Assembly: GCF_000181795.1 (NCBI RefSeq)
Contig: NW_003526944.1
Location: 886,103 to 950,102, forward strand
DNA: 64,000 nucleotides
DNA from: Trichinella spiralis
Taxonomy: Eukaryota
Direction of reading: 5' to 3'
Shown here: positions 39,511 through 57,159 of the stretch, one piece after another
Numbering within the stretch: the first letter of the stretch is position 1
Layout: every line of letters starts with the position of its first letter
Notes under the pieces: model-generated
Seen by the model: only the letters and a program-made list of their open reading frames with translations
What the model was told of the DNA's origin: nothing
Database searches by the model: none
Position numbers and translations under genes: made by a program

Positions 39511-40401
39511 CTTGATTGTACCTCTAACAATAGAATCTCATCTATACCATTTTCAAATTTATCAAATAAATTTTATTAATAAAGCTCAATTAATAACTCT
39601 GTTCACAAATCATGACTAATACAAATGCAACAAGTAGCGACAGATTTCTGCATTGAAAAATGTATTAAACATCATATTCCACTATAATAACACATCATGC
39701 CACTTTAAAACTTTACATACTCTCATATTGATTAATTTCCATCATAATGCACTAGGAAATGACAGAAATTAATAAATTGATAATCAAGATATTGTATATA
39801 TTTTTTTGAAAACAATCTATTAGTGCCTAAATACTTTCTCAAAATACCCATTCACTCAAATATGTTTTCTTAAAGATTTAATTCACTAAAGTAAAATAAT
39901 ATTACAAATGTCAATATATCTTTAGCTCTAGTGAAAAGAATAAAATTGTAAAATTTCATTTTTAAAATTGCCATCTGCTGACCAGTTGTTCATGATTTTT
40001 TATCAGACAAATTATATTTAAATAATAATAAAAATAAATCTGATCAATTTGAATATTTAATGTTTTACCTACAAATTACTTATTTTTTTATAATTTTGAA
40101 ATGTTTGCTAATCATGTGACAACAAAGTACTGCGAGGCCTTTCATACTGTTACAGTATGCCTGATTTTTCTAGGAATAGTGAACGGCAATCGATTGTTGT
40201 TTGCGTTCAAGTTGGTTGGCTTAAACAGGTGTTTGCTGCTTGCATCTTTTGAAATTTGTTTTGTTTGTCGATTGGTAAGCCCTTACAGACTCTTTACACA
40301 GCAACATATTTAAATTAAGTGAATACTTGCGCTTGCATTATTCGTATATATATATATATGATGATATTGTTTTTATTAATTTTATGTTTTAATCAGAAAT
40401 C

Positions 40402-43400
40402 ATGCTGACCGATCGAGAAAAGCGTAAGCAGATTAGCATCCGCGGAATTGCACAAGTTGAAAATGTGGCCAACATGAAAAAGGCATTTAACCGTCATTTG
40501 CATTTTACAATGATGAAAGATCGAAATGTGGCTACACCGAGAGATTACTTCTATTCTTTGGCGCACACTGTTCGTGATCATGTGACTTCTCGATGGATTC
40601 GAACTCAGCAGCACTATCATGATAAAGATCCGAAGGTATGCAAATGCATTTTCTTAGAATATGACAAATAATTGCAATTTTTAATATTATATTAGCATAA
40701 TCTATGTAGTATATTTTACTTTACTTTCTACTTTTACATGAATGCCTATGATTTGTTTTTTGCATTTGTTATTGGCAATTTGCAGTTGTCAGTTGATACT
40801 GGCAGTTTTCAGTTGAGACCGTTGTAATGTTGAATTTGCAAATGCAATAAGCTTTGATAGGTCATTATTTGTGTCAGTTTTGGATAGGGAAAAATGATAT
40901 TCAGAATGAAATTTTCAGCTTTTATTTCAAATATTTCGCTGTTAAGAAAGATTGTTTTTCTGCCGTATTTCCAGTTGGAAAAGTTTGACTTTATGTTACT
41001 TTTTCAAAAACAAATATTTGATTGTTGTAAACAACGTTTTTGAGTCTGGGTATTTGGTAGATTTAATGATTTATTTGATTTGGTATTTGGTAGATGTTTT
41101 TAATTAGCATTTTCTGGGCAGTATTTTTCTTCAGGGCCTTAAAGCTGTTGACGAATCAAATAGAGCAGGCACAGCAGCTCATCACTGCCAAAGTGATGCA
41201 TTTCTGTTTTGCTCAGTTCATCAACATTCACGTGATCTTGACGTTATGTTAAAATTAGCTTCCATCTAGTTTCTCTCGCGGAAATAAGCTGCTTTGACGT
41301 GCATTGAATATTCGATAGCTCTCAGAGCATAGGTTTGTTTATTTTATGGGGAAAGAAAATTTGAAGTGATTTTGAATTGAAAAAATTTGATGCCTCATAT
41401 TTTAGGAATTGTTGATTTAATTTAACATTCATTTAAACAAAATGTCTCATGAAAATTTTTTTTACTAAACTTATCTTTCGTGTTGTTATTTATTTTGTTG
41501 TTTAAGTTTAGTGGGAGCAGTAAGCGCATATGGCAACTTCTGTTATAACTTTATATGTTAAGATAATTATTTATTTACTGGACATCAATTAATTACTCAT
41601 TAACTTGAGTATTCAAGCATATATCTAAAGACTTTTACACAAACATAGTGGCCAAAGTGAGATTTGCATTTTTTAAAATGAATTTGTTAAATTACTGTGA
41701 ATTAAAAAAACAATAAATAATAATGTTAAAAAATATGTTTTAGCGTGTTTATTATCTGTCATTGGAATTTTACATGGGGCGCACGTTGTCCAATACTATG
41801 CTAAACTTGGGCATTCAAGCAGCTTGCGACGAATCACTTTATCAGGTAAAAATCTGGCACGTTGAATTTCCAATAGCAAATAGCTTTGCATAAAATGTTA
41901 TCGGTTTAAGCTTGGTTTGGATATTGAAGAATTGCAAGAACTGGAAGTGGATGCTGGTCTTGGAAATGGAGGTCTCGGTCGTTTAGCTGCTTGTTTCTTG
42001 GATTCAATGGCAACGCTCGGCTTGGCTGCTTATGGATATGGTTTGCGTTATGAATATGGTATTTTTAAGCAGATAATCAAAAATTGCTGCCAAGTGGAAG
42101 AGCCAGATGACTGGCTTCGGTTTGGAAATCCATGGGAAAAAGCCAGACCAGAGTACATGCTGCCAGTAAACTTTTATGGTAAAGTTGTTCACGACGATAA
42201 AGGTCGAGCTCACTGGGTGGATACTCAGGTAGAGAAATAAACACAGTTAGCATGATTGAAATAACCGTATATTTTGAATATGTAAAACTTTCATCTACAG
42301 CTTATGTTTGCCATGCCCTATGACACGCCCGTGCCTGGCTATCAAAACAATGTCGTCAACACTTTGCGATTATGGTCCGCTAAAGCAGAAAATCACTTCA
42401 ATTTGACATTTTGTATTTAACTATTTATTTATTATACTTTTTATAAGCTGATGTAGTAATGTTGATTTACATATAGTCAATGACGGTGACTACATCGAGG
42501 CCGTTTTGGACCGCAATGCCGCGGAAAATATTACTCGTGTATTATATCCAAATGATAACGTAAGCTGATTTTTATTTTGAATATTCAAATTTAGTTAAAC
42601 GTCAGTGTTAGTTGTTGTTGTTAGTGTTTTGAAGGGCGTGAATTGCGTCTGAAGCAAGAATACTTTTTGGTTGCTGCAACTTTGCAAGATATTATTCGTC
42701 GTTATCGTGCTTCCAAATTGGCCGCAGCTACTGCACCTGGAAAAGTATTTCAAAATTTCCCAGAAAAAGTAGCCATCCAACTTAATGACACTCATCCAGC
42801 AATGGCTATACCAGAATTCATGCGCATTATGGTCGACTTGGAATCGATGACATGGGATGAGGTAATTGAAGTTCAAATGAAAATTTAAAGAAATGAATTT
42901 ATTTAATAAATAGGCTTGGGACATATGTGTACGCACGTTTGCGTATACGAATCACACAGTTTTGCCTGAAGCTTTGGAACGATGGTCTTGTGCATTGCTG
43001 GAAAATTTGTTGCCAAGGCATTTGGAAATTATATACGAGATCAATCAAAAATTTTTAGATGTAACTTCAGTTTTTTTTTAAATTTTCCCACGTTTTATTT
43101 TTTCAGTTTTTTTATTCTTTTTCTGCAGAGTGTTTTGCGACGTTGGCCTGGCGATTTGGATCGTATGCGTCGGATGTCGCTGGTTGAAGAAGCGGATCAG
43201 TATGGAGAGAAACGAATCAACATGGCTCATCTGTGCATTGTTGGTTCGCATGCTGTGAACGGCGTGGCTGCAATCCATTCTGAAATATTGAAGAAATCAG
43301 TGTATGAATGTGGAAAAAAAATTATTTTCTTTTTTTTTTGGAAACAACAAGCTACATTGCATATATTACCGACTTTTAGTTTTCACGATTTTTACGAAAT

Positions 43401-45358
43401 GTGGCCGGAAAAGTTTCAGAACAAGACGAACGGAATCACGCCCAGACGATGGCTTTTGCTGTCCAATCCATCACTGGCTGATATTATTGCTGAAGTAATT
43501 TTGATGGAATTTTTAATTTTAAAGATTTGAATTAATTTCAGTTCTTTTTTTTACAAATTTGTAATAAATGATAGAAAATTGGTGAAGCTTGGATAACCGA
43601 TTTGTCTCAGCTTGAGCGGTTGAAACCTTTGGTGAAGAATGTTGGCTTTTTGGAAGCGATACGTCGTGTTAAACAGGCACATTTGATGAATGGCATATTT
43701 CTCGTTTTCCATGTTGTGTTTATTTCTGTTTTTTTTCTAATGGTTTTAGGAGAACAAAATGCGTGCGGCACAATGGCTTGCTGACACGTACAATTTGGAA
43801 TTGAACCCGTCTAGTATGTTTGATATTCAAGTATGATTTTCTCTTTTCTCGTTATTGCTTTTTTTTATTCAAAAAAAAACCAAATTCAGGTAAAACGTAT
43901 TCACGAATACAAGCGTCAACTGTTGAATGTGCTTCACGTGATTACAATGTACAACCGTATTAAGAAAGATCCTGCTCTTAAAGTTGTACCGCGTACAGTG
44001 ATGATAGGTGGAAAGGTTGCTATTGAAATTTTTTTAAAAATATTATTTAACTTTTATTAATTGTGATATATTTGCAGGCTGCTCCTGGCTATTATATGGC
44101 AAAATTGATTATTCAATTGATCAATTGCGTTGCCGATGTGGTCAATCATGATCCTATAATTGGAAACAAGTTGAAATTGATATTTTTGGAAAATTACAGA
44201 GTTACATTGGCCGAAAAGATCATACCGGCGGCTGATTTGAGTCAACAGATCTCTACTGCGGGAACTGAAGCTTCCGGTACTGGCAATATGAAATTTATGG
44301 TAAGCAAATGATAATTGATATCTCGGATGGTTGTTTTTGTGCATCATTTATTTATTCAAGCTTAACGGAGCTTTGACTATTGGCACTTTGGATGGTGCAA
44401 ATGTTGAAATGATGGAAGAAATGGGAAGGGAGAACATTTTCATATTCGGCATGACTGAGGAGGAAGTCAACGCGTTGCGGCATGCAGGGTATTTGTGCTC
44501 GTATTATTATTTATTACATTATATTATTTTTCCTTTTTTTTAAATTTTTCTATAGTTACAATTCAATGACGTATATTGAGAAAAATGCTGAACTGAAACA
44601 ATGTATTGAACAAATTGAAACTGGCTTCTTCTCCCCTAACAACCCGGAGCTCTTTAAAGACGTAACCAACATGCTGAAATACCACGATAGGTAGGAATTG
44701 CACTGAAATTCTATTCTACATGGAAAATAATAAATAATATATTTTCAGAACAGTTTGTTCAATTTTGAATTTTTATTTATTTGTTTATTTTTATGGGTCA
44801 TCATTGTCATTTTGTAATTGTTAAAATATTTTCAGAGTACGATTTATAAATTTTGATATTGAATCTATTAATAAAATTGAAAATGGCAGAATTTAGCATT
44901 TCTGTCATCACTCTATATGTATATTTTTTTCAGGTTTTATTTATGTGCAGATTTTGAAGCATATATGAAATGTCAAGAAGAAGTGAATAAGGCATTTTTG
45001 GTAATTTTGTCGTGATTGTTGTTATTTATTTTAAATTTATTATTATTGATCATATTTCAATATATTTCAGGATACGAATCGTTGGACGCAGATGGCTTTG
45101 TGCAATATAGCCAGCAGTGGAAAGTTTAGCAGCGATCGAACAATCAAAGAATATGCAAAAGACATCTGGAATGTGCCAGTGTCGACCGAGAAGTTGCCTG
45201 CACCTTTCGCAGGTCCGCAGTCTGAAGAAAATTCTTCCAAAGCGGATAATAATGGTGCAGCTGTTGCTGACGCAACAAAAGCGACTGCTGCTACTGCTGC
45301 AGCTCGTAATGCAGTGCCCACCACTCCCACCTCTCCCAAGGGTCGCTCTCATAAATAA
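40402..45358 (+). CDS. PYG: Glycogen phosphorylase, multi-exon
   Basis: KRKQISIRG (phospho-Ser14 site), [66 protein letters not shown] (PLP Lys), [10 protein letters not shown]. Confidence 0.98.
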
Positions 45359-45935
45359 GTGTCATCCCATCTCGGCACCATTATTCTATTTTAAATAGCA
45401 TTCGGGCGTTTTTTTTCCTTTTTAATTTTTAAACATATTATTTCAGTGTAATGTAGAGACATGTGTGTAAGTAAATAGTGGGCCTTGACCACCGCTGTAT
45501 TATAGAGATGAATGATTTGCTTTTTCTTCTTTCTGATACTTTTTTAAGATAATTTTTGAAGCAAAATAATTCTGAGTAGTTATTAATACAAGCGGATATT
45601 TTTACTCTCTTCTTTATTGAATGTGTGAATATTTATATGCAAATTTATTTCTTATACGCCGATGCCATAATTGTATTTTTGTGAGTCTCTCTCTTTCTCT
45701 TTCTCTTTCTCTCTGTGTGTGTGGGTGTGTTTGTTTTAAATTTTCTTACAAATTTTGCATATTGGCCCGATAGTTTTTTTATTTTATCTAGTAGTAGTTG
45801 AGAAGAGAAATGTAGTAGTGTGCGTCGGTTTCAGTTATTTTAGTCACGTATTCTTTCTCAAATTGTGGAAAAATAATTCAGTAGTAATAATAATAATAAT
45901 AGTAAAACTGTTTTTGACTGACGCGTTCGTTTCAT

Positions 45936-45948
45936 GTTGCTAAGCAAC
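45936..45948. promoter_or_regulatory. X-box (RFX/DAF-19 site) GTTGCTAAGCAAC upstream of IFT81
   Basis: Near-palindromic GTTGCT-A-AGCAAC fits the RFX consensus GTNRCN(0-3)RGYAAC and lies ~90 bp before the ATG of a ciliary IFT gene. Confidence 0.75.
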
Positions 45949-46036
45949 CGCATGCTGCTTAAATTGAGCTCTGGGATGGTACGACTTGAATTGGAGTTCG
46001 TCGACTGACCGCTGATTGCTGTGCATTCAAACAAAA

Positions 46037-49000
46037 ATGGAGGAGATGAAATTTGTAATTTCTGAACTCAACCGACCACCTTATAACCAAACGCTCAGCT
46101 TGGTCGAGTTGGATGCTTTGGAGCCGCTTCAACTGTTGCAACTGCTCAGCGATACTTTATGTTTGCTAGCCAAAGAGGTAGTGATTTTGGAAAGATGAAT
46201 TGCCTTTTAATTTGTATTTGTACATAAAAGAATAAATACAAGAACGTTGTAGAAGCGCGTCGAAGTGAAGCCGCAGACTGTGACGGAAGTCTCGTTGCGT
46301 GTATTGGAATGGCTGACTTTGTTAAGATATGCATCTTCTATGGAAAAGTATGCTTCACTTCGTGGATGGCATTTTATGCAAATATTTTTAAACCGACTCT
46401 TAAAGAGTACCGTTTTAAACAATTTTTCTCGCGTTTAAGTCACTGAAATGAACTGTAGCAATTTTCGTTCAACTTTTATTCGATAAGTATATCAGTGATT
46501 TAGATGATTTATGTGCGGTTGGTTGAACATATTCACATTCTGTGTTATTTTTAATTATCATGCTTTTGATTCAGTCGTAAGCACTCGTGCATTTGTTACA
46601 AATAATATGCATGTATGTATGTATTTTGAAATAACTACAGTATAACAAAGTTCTTTTACAAGCTGTTGTTGAACATTGCGAAACTATCAGTTTAAAGTTT
46701 CTTTCTATTTACTCTGTTCGTGGCATAATATAGTACGGCGTGCTTTTATTTATTGTTCAGCTTGAACGTGTTTTGTAATAACTGATTTGTAAGTTTAATT
46801 TTTAGATACAGTATGAATACAGTATAGGTCGATAATATCAATTTACGTTTAAACTACGAAAATTTTCAAGTTACAGTACAAATGGCGTCGCACTTTTTAA
46901 TTTAATTACGGTATTCCTTTTGATTAGTTTTAGAACAGTAGCACGGCTAGGCTGTTAGCTTAATATTTTTATGTTAGTGAATGGCATTTTATAATTTGAT
47001 TTTTTGAGACTTATCTTAAAATGCATTTGTATTTCCTCAGTTGATTGAACAGCATCTATTATTGCATTATCAGTGTATCACTGTGAAGAGTATCGTCCTT
47101 ATTAATGTGTATCAGTTGCAGTGGAAATGAGGATTAGCAAGTTGTTCATTGTCCGGGACTGCCGTTGATATTTTCTTTTAGCGGGAAACACGTTAGTCGT
47201 CCATTTCTACCTGTAATCAGGAAAAGACAAGTGCGGATGCAATCAGTAGACGCTATCTGTTTTAGCTACTTGTGACGAACGTATTAATTCTTCGCCGAGG
47301 GCATATGCAACTTTTCATCACGACTTCTCACCTAAGCGATAACAGTATTTGCATAGCCGAACAGAAAATGGTTTTAATTCTTGAACTAATATGATACATT
47401 ATTTGGCGTGGTTTTTAATGAAGTTTATTATTTTCGATTAATTTCAGTACTGCTCAACGATGATGACGGTCAATTTGAATTACGCTTATAAATAGTCGTT
47501 ATGAAATTAATAATTAACGATTTTGTTTAGGGATGAATTTCATCGTGCAATTGCTGGAGGAAACAAAGAGACGATATTCAAAGCGCTAGCATGGATATTG
47601 CACCGGCAAAATGAAGTTGAGCAGCGACTGTATTTGTCGAAATTTTTGATTCCAATCAAAGTTCCAGTCGACTTTCTTCAGGATGTTGAAGTTGAACAAT
47701 TGAACAAAGAAGTTGACAATTACAATCAGTGCGAAATTGATTGATTAATAATAATTGAATTAAATTAAAAATTTCAGTGTGAAAATCTGATGGAAGAGTT
47801 CAAAGAATTGCACAAAGAATTTATGAAAGTGAAAACAGCCGCAGAGGCCAGAATAACGGTGAGTTCAGATATTGCATCGATGGAAAGCGAAAAAGAGGCA
47901 CTTTTGAAACGTCTCGAGAAGGCTAAAAGCAAAGTGAACAGTTTGCCTGACTTTGAAAATTTATTGCATGTATGTCGTGAGTTTCGACAAGAAGCTGAAC
48001 GATCGGATGCTTTGAGCAAAACGAAAAAAGATCAATCTTTCAGTGTGAGTAAATTTTTGTTTTTTATTTTATTATATAGTTAAATTAAGAAATATATTTA
48101 TTTTTTATTTTTAAAAACAAATAGAAAAGCATATGCTTTTTCAGTAAAATTAATATACACCTTGTTTGTACGATGAATACTTGATTATGAAAAGATGGAA
48201 TTGGTTCAGTTAAATTTATGCAAATTTGCTTGTATATTATTAAACTTATTATTTATATTTGACGACATTAAATTTTTATAGTTGAAAAATGTTCGACAAC
48301 AACTGCGGCACATTAATCAGCAAATAGATAAATTGGAACTGGAAGCGGATACTACCAGTCCACGCGGTAAATTACTTGCAAGTTTGATCAACTATTTAAA
48401 AGTGGACAATTTTAGAAAAAATGAATCAACTGGAAGATGAGCTGAGAGTTTTACAATACATAGCTGAAGAGAAACTTCCACAAGATATTGAATTAAATCG
48501 TAAAACAGTTGGAAAACTTTCTGAAATTATTCAACAGAGTCCTTTTGAAAAAGCAGATTTACAGGAGCTCGACAGCCAGGTTAGCAGTTATTTATTGCAT
48601 GTTGTTTAGCAATTTTTGTTTTGATATTATTTTGATAAGTTTTATTCTGTTTTTATATTTACATAGGTAGAAGAAGTAGAAAAAGAAATTGAAAAGCTAC
48701 AAAATGATCTGAAAGTTCAAAAGAGCGCATCGGAAAATAAATTGGAAGTTTACCGTCATCAAGTAAAATTTAGAAAAATATTATCACCGTAAAAGCACGA
48801 CTAATTTGTTGTCAGTTTATTATTATGTAAATTTACATATAGTAATTTATATTTTCACTTGACGTGATTTTCAATTTTTTGAACAACTTGTTCAATTTTC
48901 ATAAGTGAATTTTCAGGCAGATATAGTAGCACGCAAAAAAAACGATGCGCTCAACACTTTGCAGCATCTGATGCTTCAGTTGCAACAAGCCGAACAAGGA

Positions 49001-49927
49001 CAGTCAAAAAAGTCGAATGAGAATGCTTTTTTCGTACAATCCAATCTGGACCAGATAAAGAATACTGTACACAGTAACTGTTGTTGCAATGGAAATTTGG
49101 TTGACGGCAATGAAAGTTTTAGGCTAGAAATGATTCCAGCAGTCGAGTAGATGATGTCAGCAATCTTCAATTTTCGTTTCCAGGTAGCAATATTGAAATT
49201 TGAGTTTAGTTGCATCAACATTTTGCATTAAAATAATTATTAGAAATGTCCACCAATGATTCTGTCGATGGAATAAGTGATGCAGAAAAGAACGATGTTC
49301 GAAATGGTCATTCATTTGAAGAATTGAAGAAATTGCAAGAAACATATCAGGTACGTTGTTATCGTTTTAGCTTGCTTATGTTTATTCAAATTGAAATTAT
49401 AATTATGCTAAATAGTTAATTAAATGTTGTTGAATGATGCTGATTGTCTTTTTAAAGAATCTTTCCGATGAAATGCAAGTGAAAAAAGCAAAATACAACG
49501 CGGTTGTTGTTGAAGAACAATCAGTATTGTTAGAATTGGAAAAAGTAATTTATTCAAATGAGTGAGTGAATTTTTTCTTCCCAATCGTATTGCTGTTATT
49601 TTGCAGGAAGTGAACGCGTTGCAGCAGGATGCGGAATTGAGTGAGTTGCAGGTTTCAAAATTGAACGATCAAGAATCGTTCTTGACGTCTCGATTCAACG
49701 ACATGAAACAACGAGATGAGCATGAACTGATTTGCATAATGGAAGAAACAGCGGAACGTATGAAATTAGCTGAGGAAACGTATCGAAAGGTTCGAGAAGA
49801 AGAGCAAAGTATCATCAGGATCAAAGATGATATTATGCTTGAGAATATTTGTTCGTTGAATGAAGCGAAAAGTTTGTTGAAGCTGAAATTATCATTTTCC
49901 AAGAAAAACGAAGCATCATCAAAGTAA
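46037..49927 (+). CDS. IFT81: Intraflagellar transport protein 81, multi-exon
   Basis: MEEMKFVISELNRPPYNQTLSLVELDALEPLQLLQLLSD (IFT81 CH-like N-terminus); GNKETIFKALAWIL…RLYLSKFLIPIKVPVDF; LMEEFKELHK; YRHQADIVARKK; coiled-coil remainder. Internal 3' exons approximate. Confidence 0.88.
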
Positions 49928-50148
49928 GCTTTGCAAAATAAAAAGCTTACATTTACAACAATAACATTTTTTGATGATATTCTTTTGTCTGTATTTTTTT
50001 ATTTGGAAAAACAAATTTATTCTTAATACAATGGTGAAATAATAATTGTAGAACATGAAAATGCTTTTTTTTAAAAATATGAAATAATCACCACTTTGAT
50101 GTGATTGTTTGTTTTTTTCACGAGTTGTTCTAATGTTAGCTCGCTTCT

Positions 50149-54178
<4,030 letters not shown>

Positions 54179-57159
54179 GTTTGTTTGTTTGTTAGTTTGC
54201 TTTCTTCGGATCGAGATGATCGTTGGTCTGCTACTGCTGGAACGCTTTTCAACTTACTCGAGACAACTGTGCATATGTGTGTGTATGTGCGTGTGTCTGT
54301 CACAATTTGGACCAGTTCAGCAATGGTTGGGACCGTTCAAAATGCAGATGACACTGGAAAGTGTCAAAGGATGACCTGGAGGCAGCCCAGGAAAAAGTCG
54401 ACTGTTGCGAATGACTGACAGTGAGTTTCAGCTGCCAGCGTGGTTGGTCTTGACAATGTTGTGCAAGGGGAAAATTTTAAGCAAAAAATGAAAATTTACC
54501 CATCAATTTAACTATTGCAGCTTGCATGCAACGATTCCACTTTGAATCGACCGAAAGTTGGAAAAATGTTCCAACTAGTGAGAACAATTGCTGTTTGGTC
54601 GTTTGAAATGGGCTTTTTATTAATTCATAATTTTTCTCATTACCAGTCAACATGCCTGATCAACAGAGGCTGCCGTGGAATAATGATGGCTGTTGCTTTT
54701 TGCCAAAGCTGAGCAAGCAAGCAAACAGAGTGTGTATTTTTATCTTTGATTAATTTGTGAAACTATTTTCAAATGACTGACGACTGTCGTCAACGTTTTG
54801 CTTTCGTAACAACATTCAGTGGGCATTTATGAAAATTCTTCTTCAATCTCTCTATCCGAACAATCACGAACATCCGCTGCAAAAACAGCCCATTCACACG
54901 TTGCATGTTTGTTTGCATAGTGTAGATTTGCATAATAATCGAAAAAAAATAAATGACATTAGTGTACGCAATTTTTTTGAAGGAGGGGGGCGGAGGGAGG
55001 TTTCTTTGATGTTATTTTTACAACGATGACAACATTTCTTTTGAAAAGAATTTCTTTTTCAAATTTTCTATCAATTTTCAAATTTCAATAGTAATTTCTC
55101 TTCCGCATGTTGAACAATTGCAAAAGGCAACTAATACCCAGTTGGCAATTTTGTTATTTCAATGATTGCTGTTTGTTTGTTGCTTGCATTCATCATGCCA
55201 AGCAAACATGCGATAAATGTAGTAGTATGTTCTTTGAATTGTGCGTGAAAAAGTGAAATCATCGAAATTTTCACATCTTTATTATACTGTTAACGCAATT
55301 TCTATATTTGAAATTAATCTAATATGTTTTTTTGTTGTTGTCGTAAAGTAAAGTTCAACGCTAAAATTAGCCAACATACAGTGAAAATTTTTTTTCAATG
55401 TTTGTTGAAAGGCTGCTGTTTTTGTTCCAGCAGCAGAAGAAAGCTAATATTATTTTACGTATATTGCAGATTTGAAATTGTAAATATATTTTTCTGTGCG
55501 TTAAAACAACTTCTACGTACTCCAATGCTAACCAATGTTATGTTTAAGTTCAGAAAAAAAGCAATTTTTCATTTTGCAATTTCAATAAGCAAGCTTCAAT
55601 TGATGCAAATTGTGCAGTGGTAAATTTGCTGTCATTAAATACTTTAGTATTGTTTTGAAAAAAGAAAGCAAATTTTTTTTTAAAAATATTTTCTCACTTT
55701 ACCATAGTATCTAATTAAAGATTCAAGGTGCGTTCGTTATAAGACAATTTGTTACGTTTTTGCTGTATTTTTTTTGACTTTATTTGCAAGTATTTTTCAT
55801 TTGGACTTTCAATGATTCGCTGTTGTCTTATTTTAATTCGACGCTGTACCGTATTTTTGCTCACTGTAAACACAAGCGCTGAACTTATAAAATTGATGGA
55901 AAACCATCACCCATCACCTCAGGCCATGCAGTTTAAACCGGACGGTTCAAAATTCAGACTTGATTAGCGCGAAATAGCACGCATTGATATTAATCGATTC
56001 AATTTTCATTTCTGCTATTTTTCTTATCTCTGTACACTGGACAAACTCATTAAAGTCAAATGCATATTTTTTTGCCAAATGAATTATAATTTAAATAATA
56101 AATTAATAATTTTTCATAGCACGAAATTTATTTAAATAAAAATATACTGTTCTGATGAAAGACAAAATTTTCCGCATCATTCATAAATGGAAAATTTTCC
56201 AATCGGCTAAACTGATAGCTAAATTTCAACTGTTGATTGTAAATTCTATTCGTAGAGTACTTGGAATAATTTGCAAATGTATTTCATTAGTGCTTTCGAC
56301 TATACGAAGCGTTTCTGAAATGCCAAACAACTGCAAGTCCATTTGTTGAATTCAGTAAATGTAGCTGTGGAAATTTGCTTGAAAATTTTTCATACTGTAA
56401 AAAAGACCATTTTACATATCTCAAATTGCTTCATTTGTTGTAAATAAATGACTCTTAAGAAATAATTTACAACGAAATAACTTTTGATCTATTTATTATC
56501 ATAATTCTAGTTTTTCAAATTAAGCCTGTTCATTCATTGCTCTTAAATTACTGATTATAAGAAAACAATGTTTTCAATTACATATGATTTTCTGGAAAAT
56601 GTTTCGAACCAGTTAGCATTTAATTACTGATATTCAGTCCTCATATATTTGTTCATATACGAACATTCAAACGAGCTTGATGAATTGAAATTAATTTCTA
56701 TATTAATCATGTTTTTCATTCTGTCATGTAAAATGCAATTGGAATACGCATCGGAATTTGTAGCGCTCTATATGCACTATGAATTTAATATAAATTTATA
56801 CATTCATATACTGTTCCAAATTGAAAATTAATTTATTCGACTTACGGGAAAGTATTTCACTATTTGCATAACTCATTCATTTTACTATTTTACTAATTTT
56901 CAGTGTCATGGTCAGTTATGCAGTGCATCGTCATTGCTCAGCAAGTGCTATTCATAAGGACGACTTTCTGACCAGCGCTAAGAAGGGGAAGATGGATCTA
57001 CTCAACGATCTGAAGACGCTGAATGAGGGAAGTTGCATTTTTTGTTTGTTTGTTTGTTTGATCGTTGTTACTGTAAAATACAGATGAAAATCAATATTGA
57101 ATTTATACTTCAATGAGATTATTTTTCGATTATTTCTTTCCTAATCGTTGTATTCTGAG

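Noticed and set aside
56900..57035. Exon-like stretch (…DDFLTSAKKGKMDLLNDLK…), vaguely ankyrin-like
   Set aside because: Too short and isolated to support a call.
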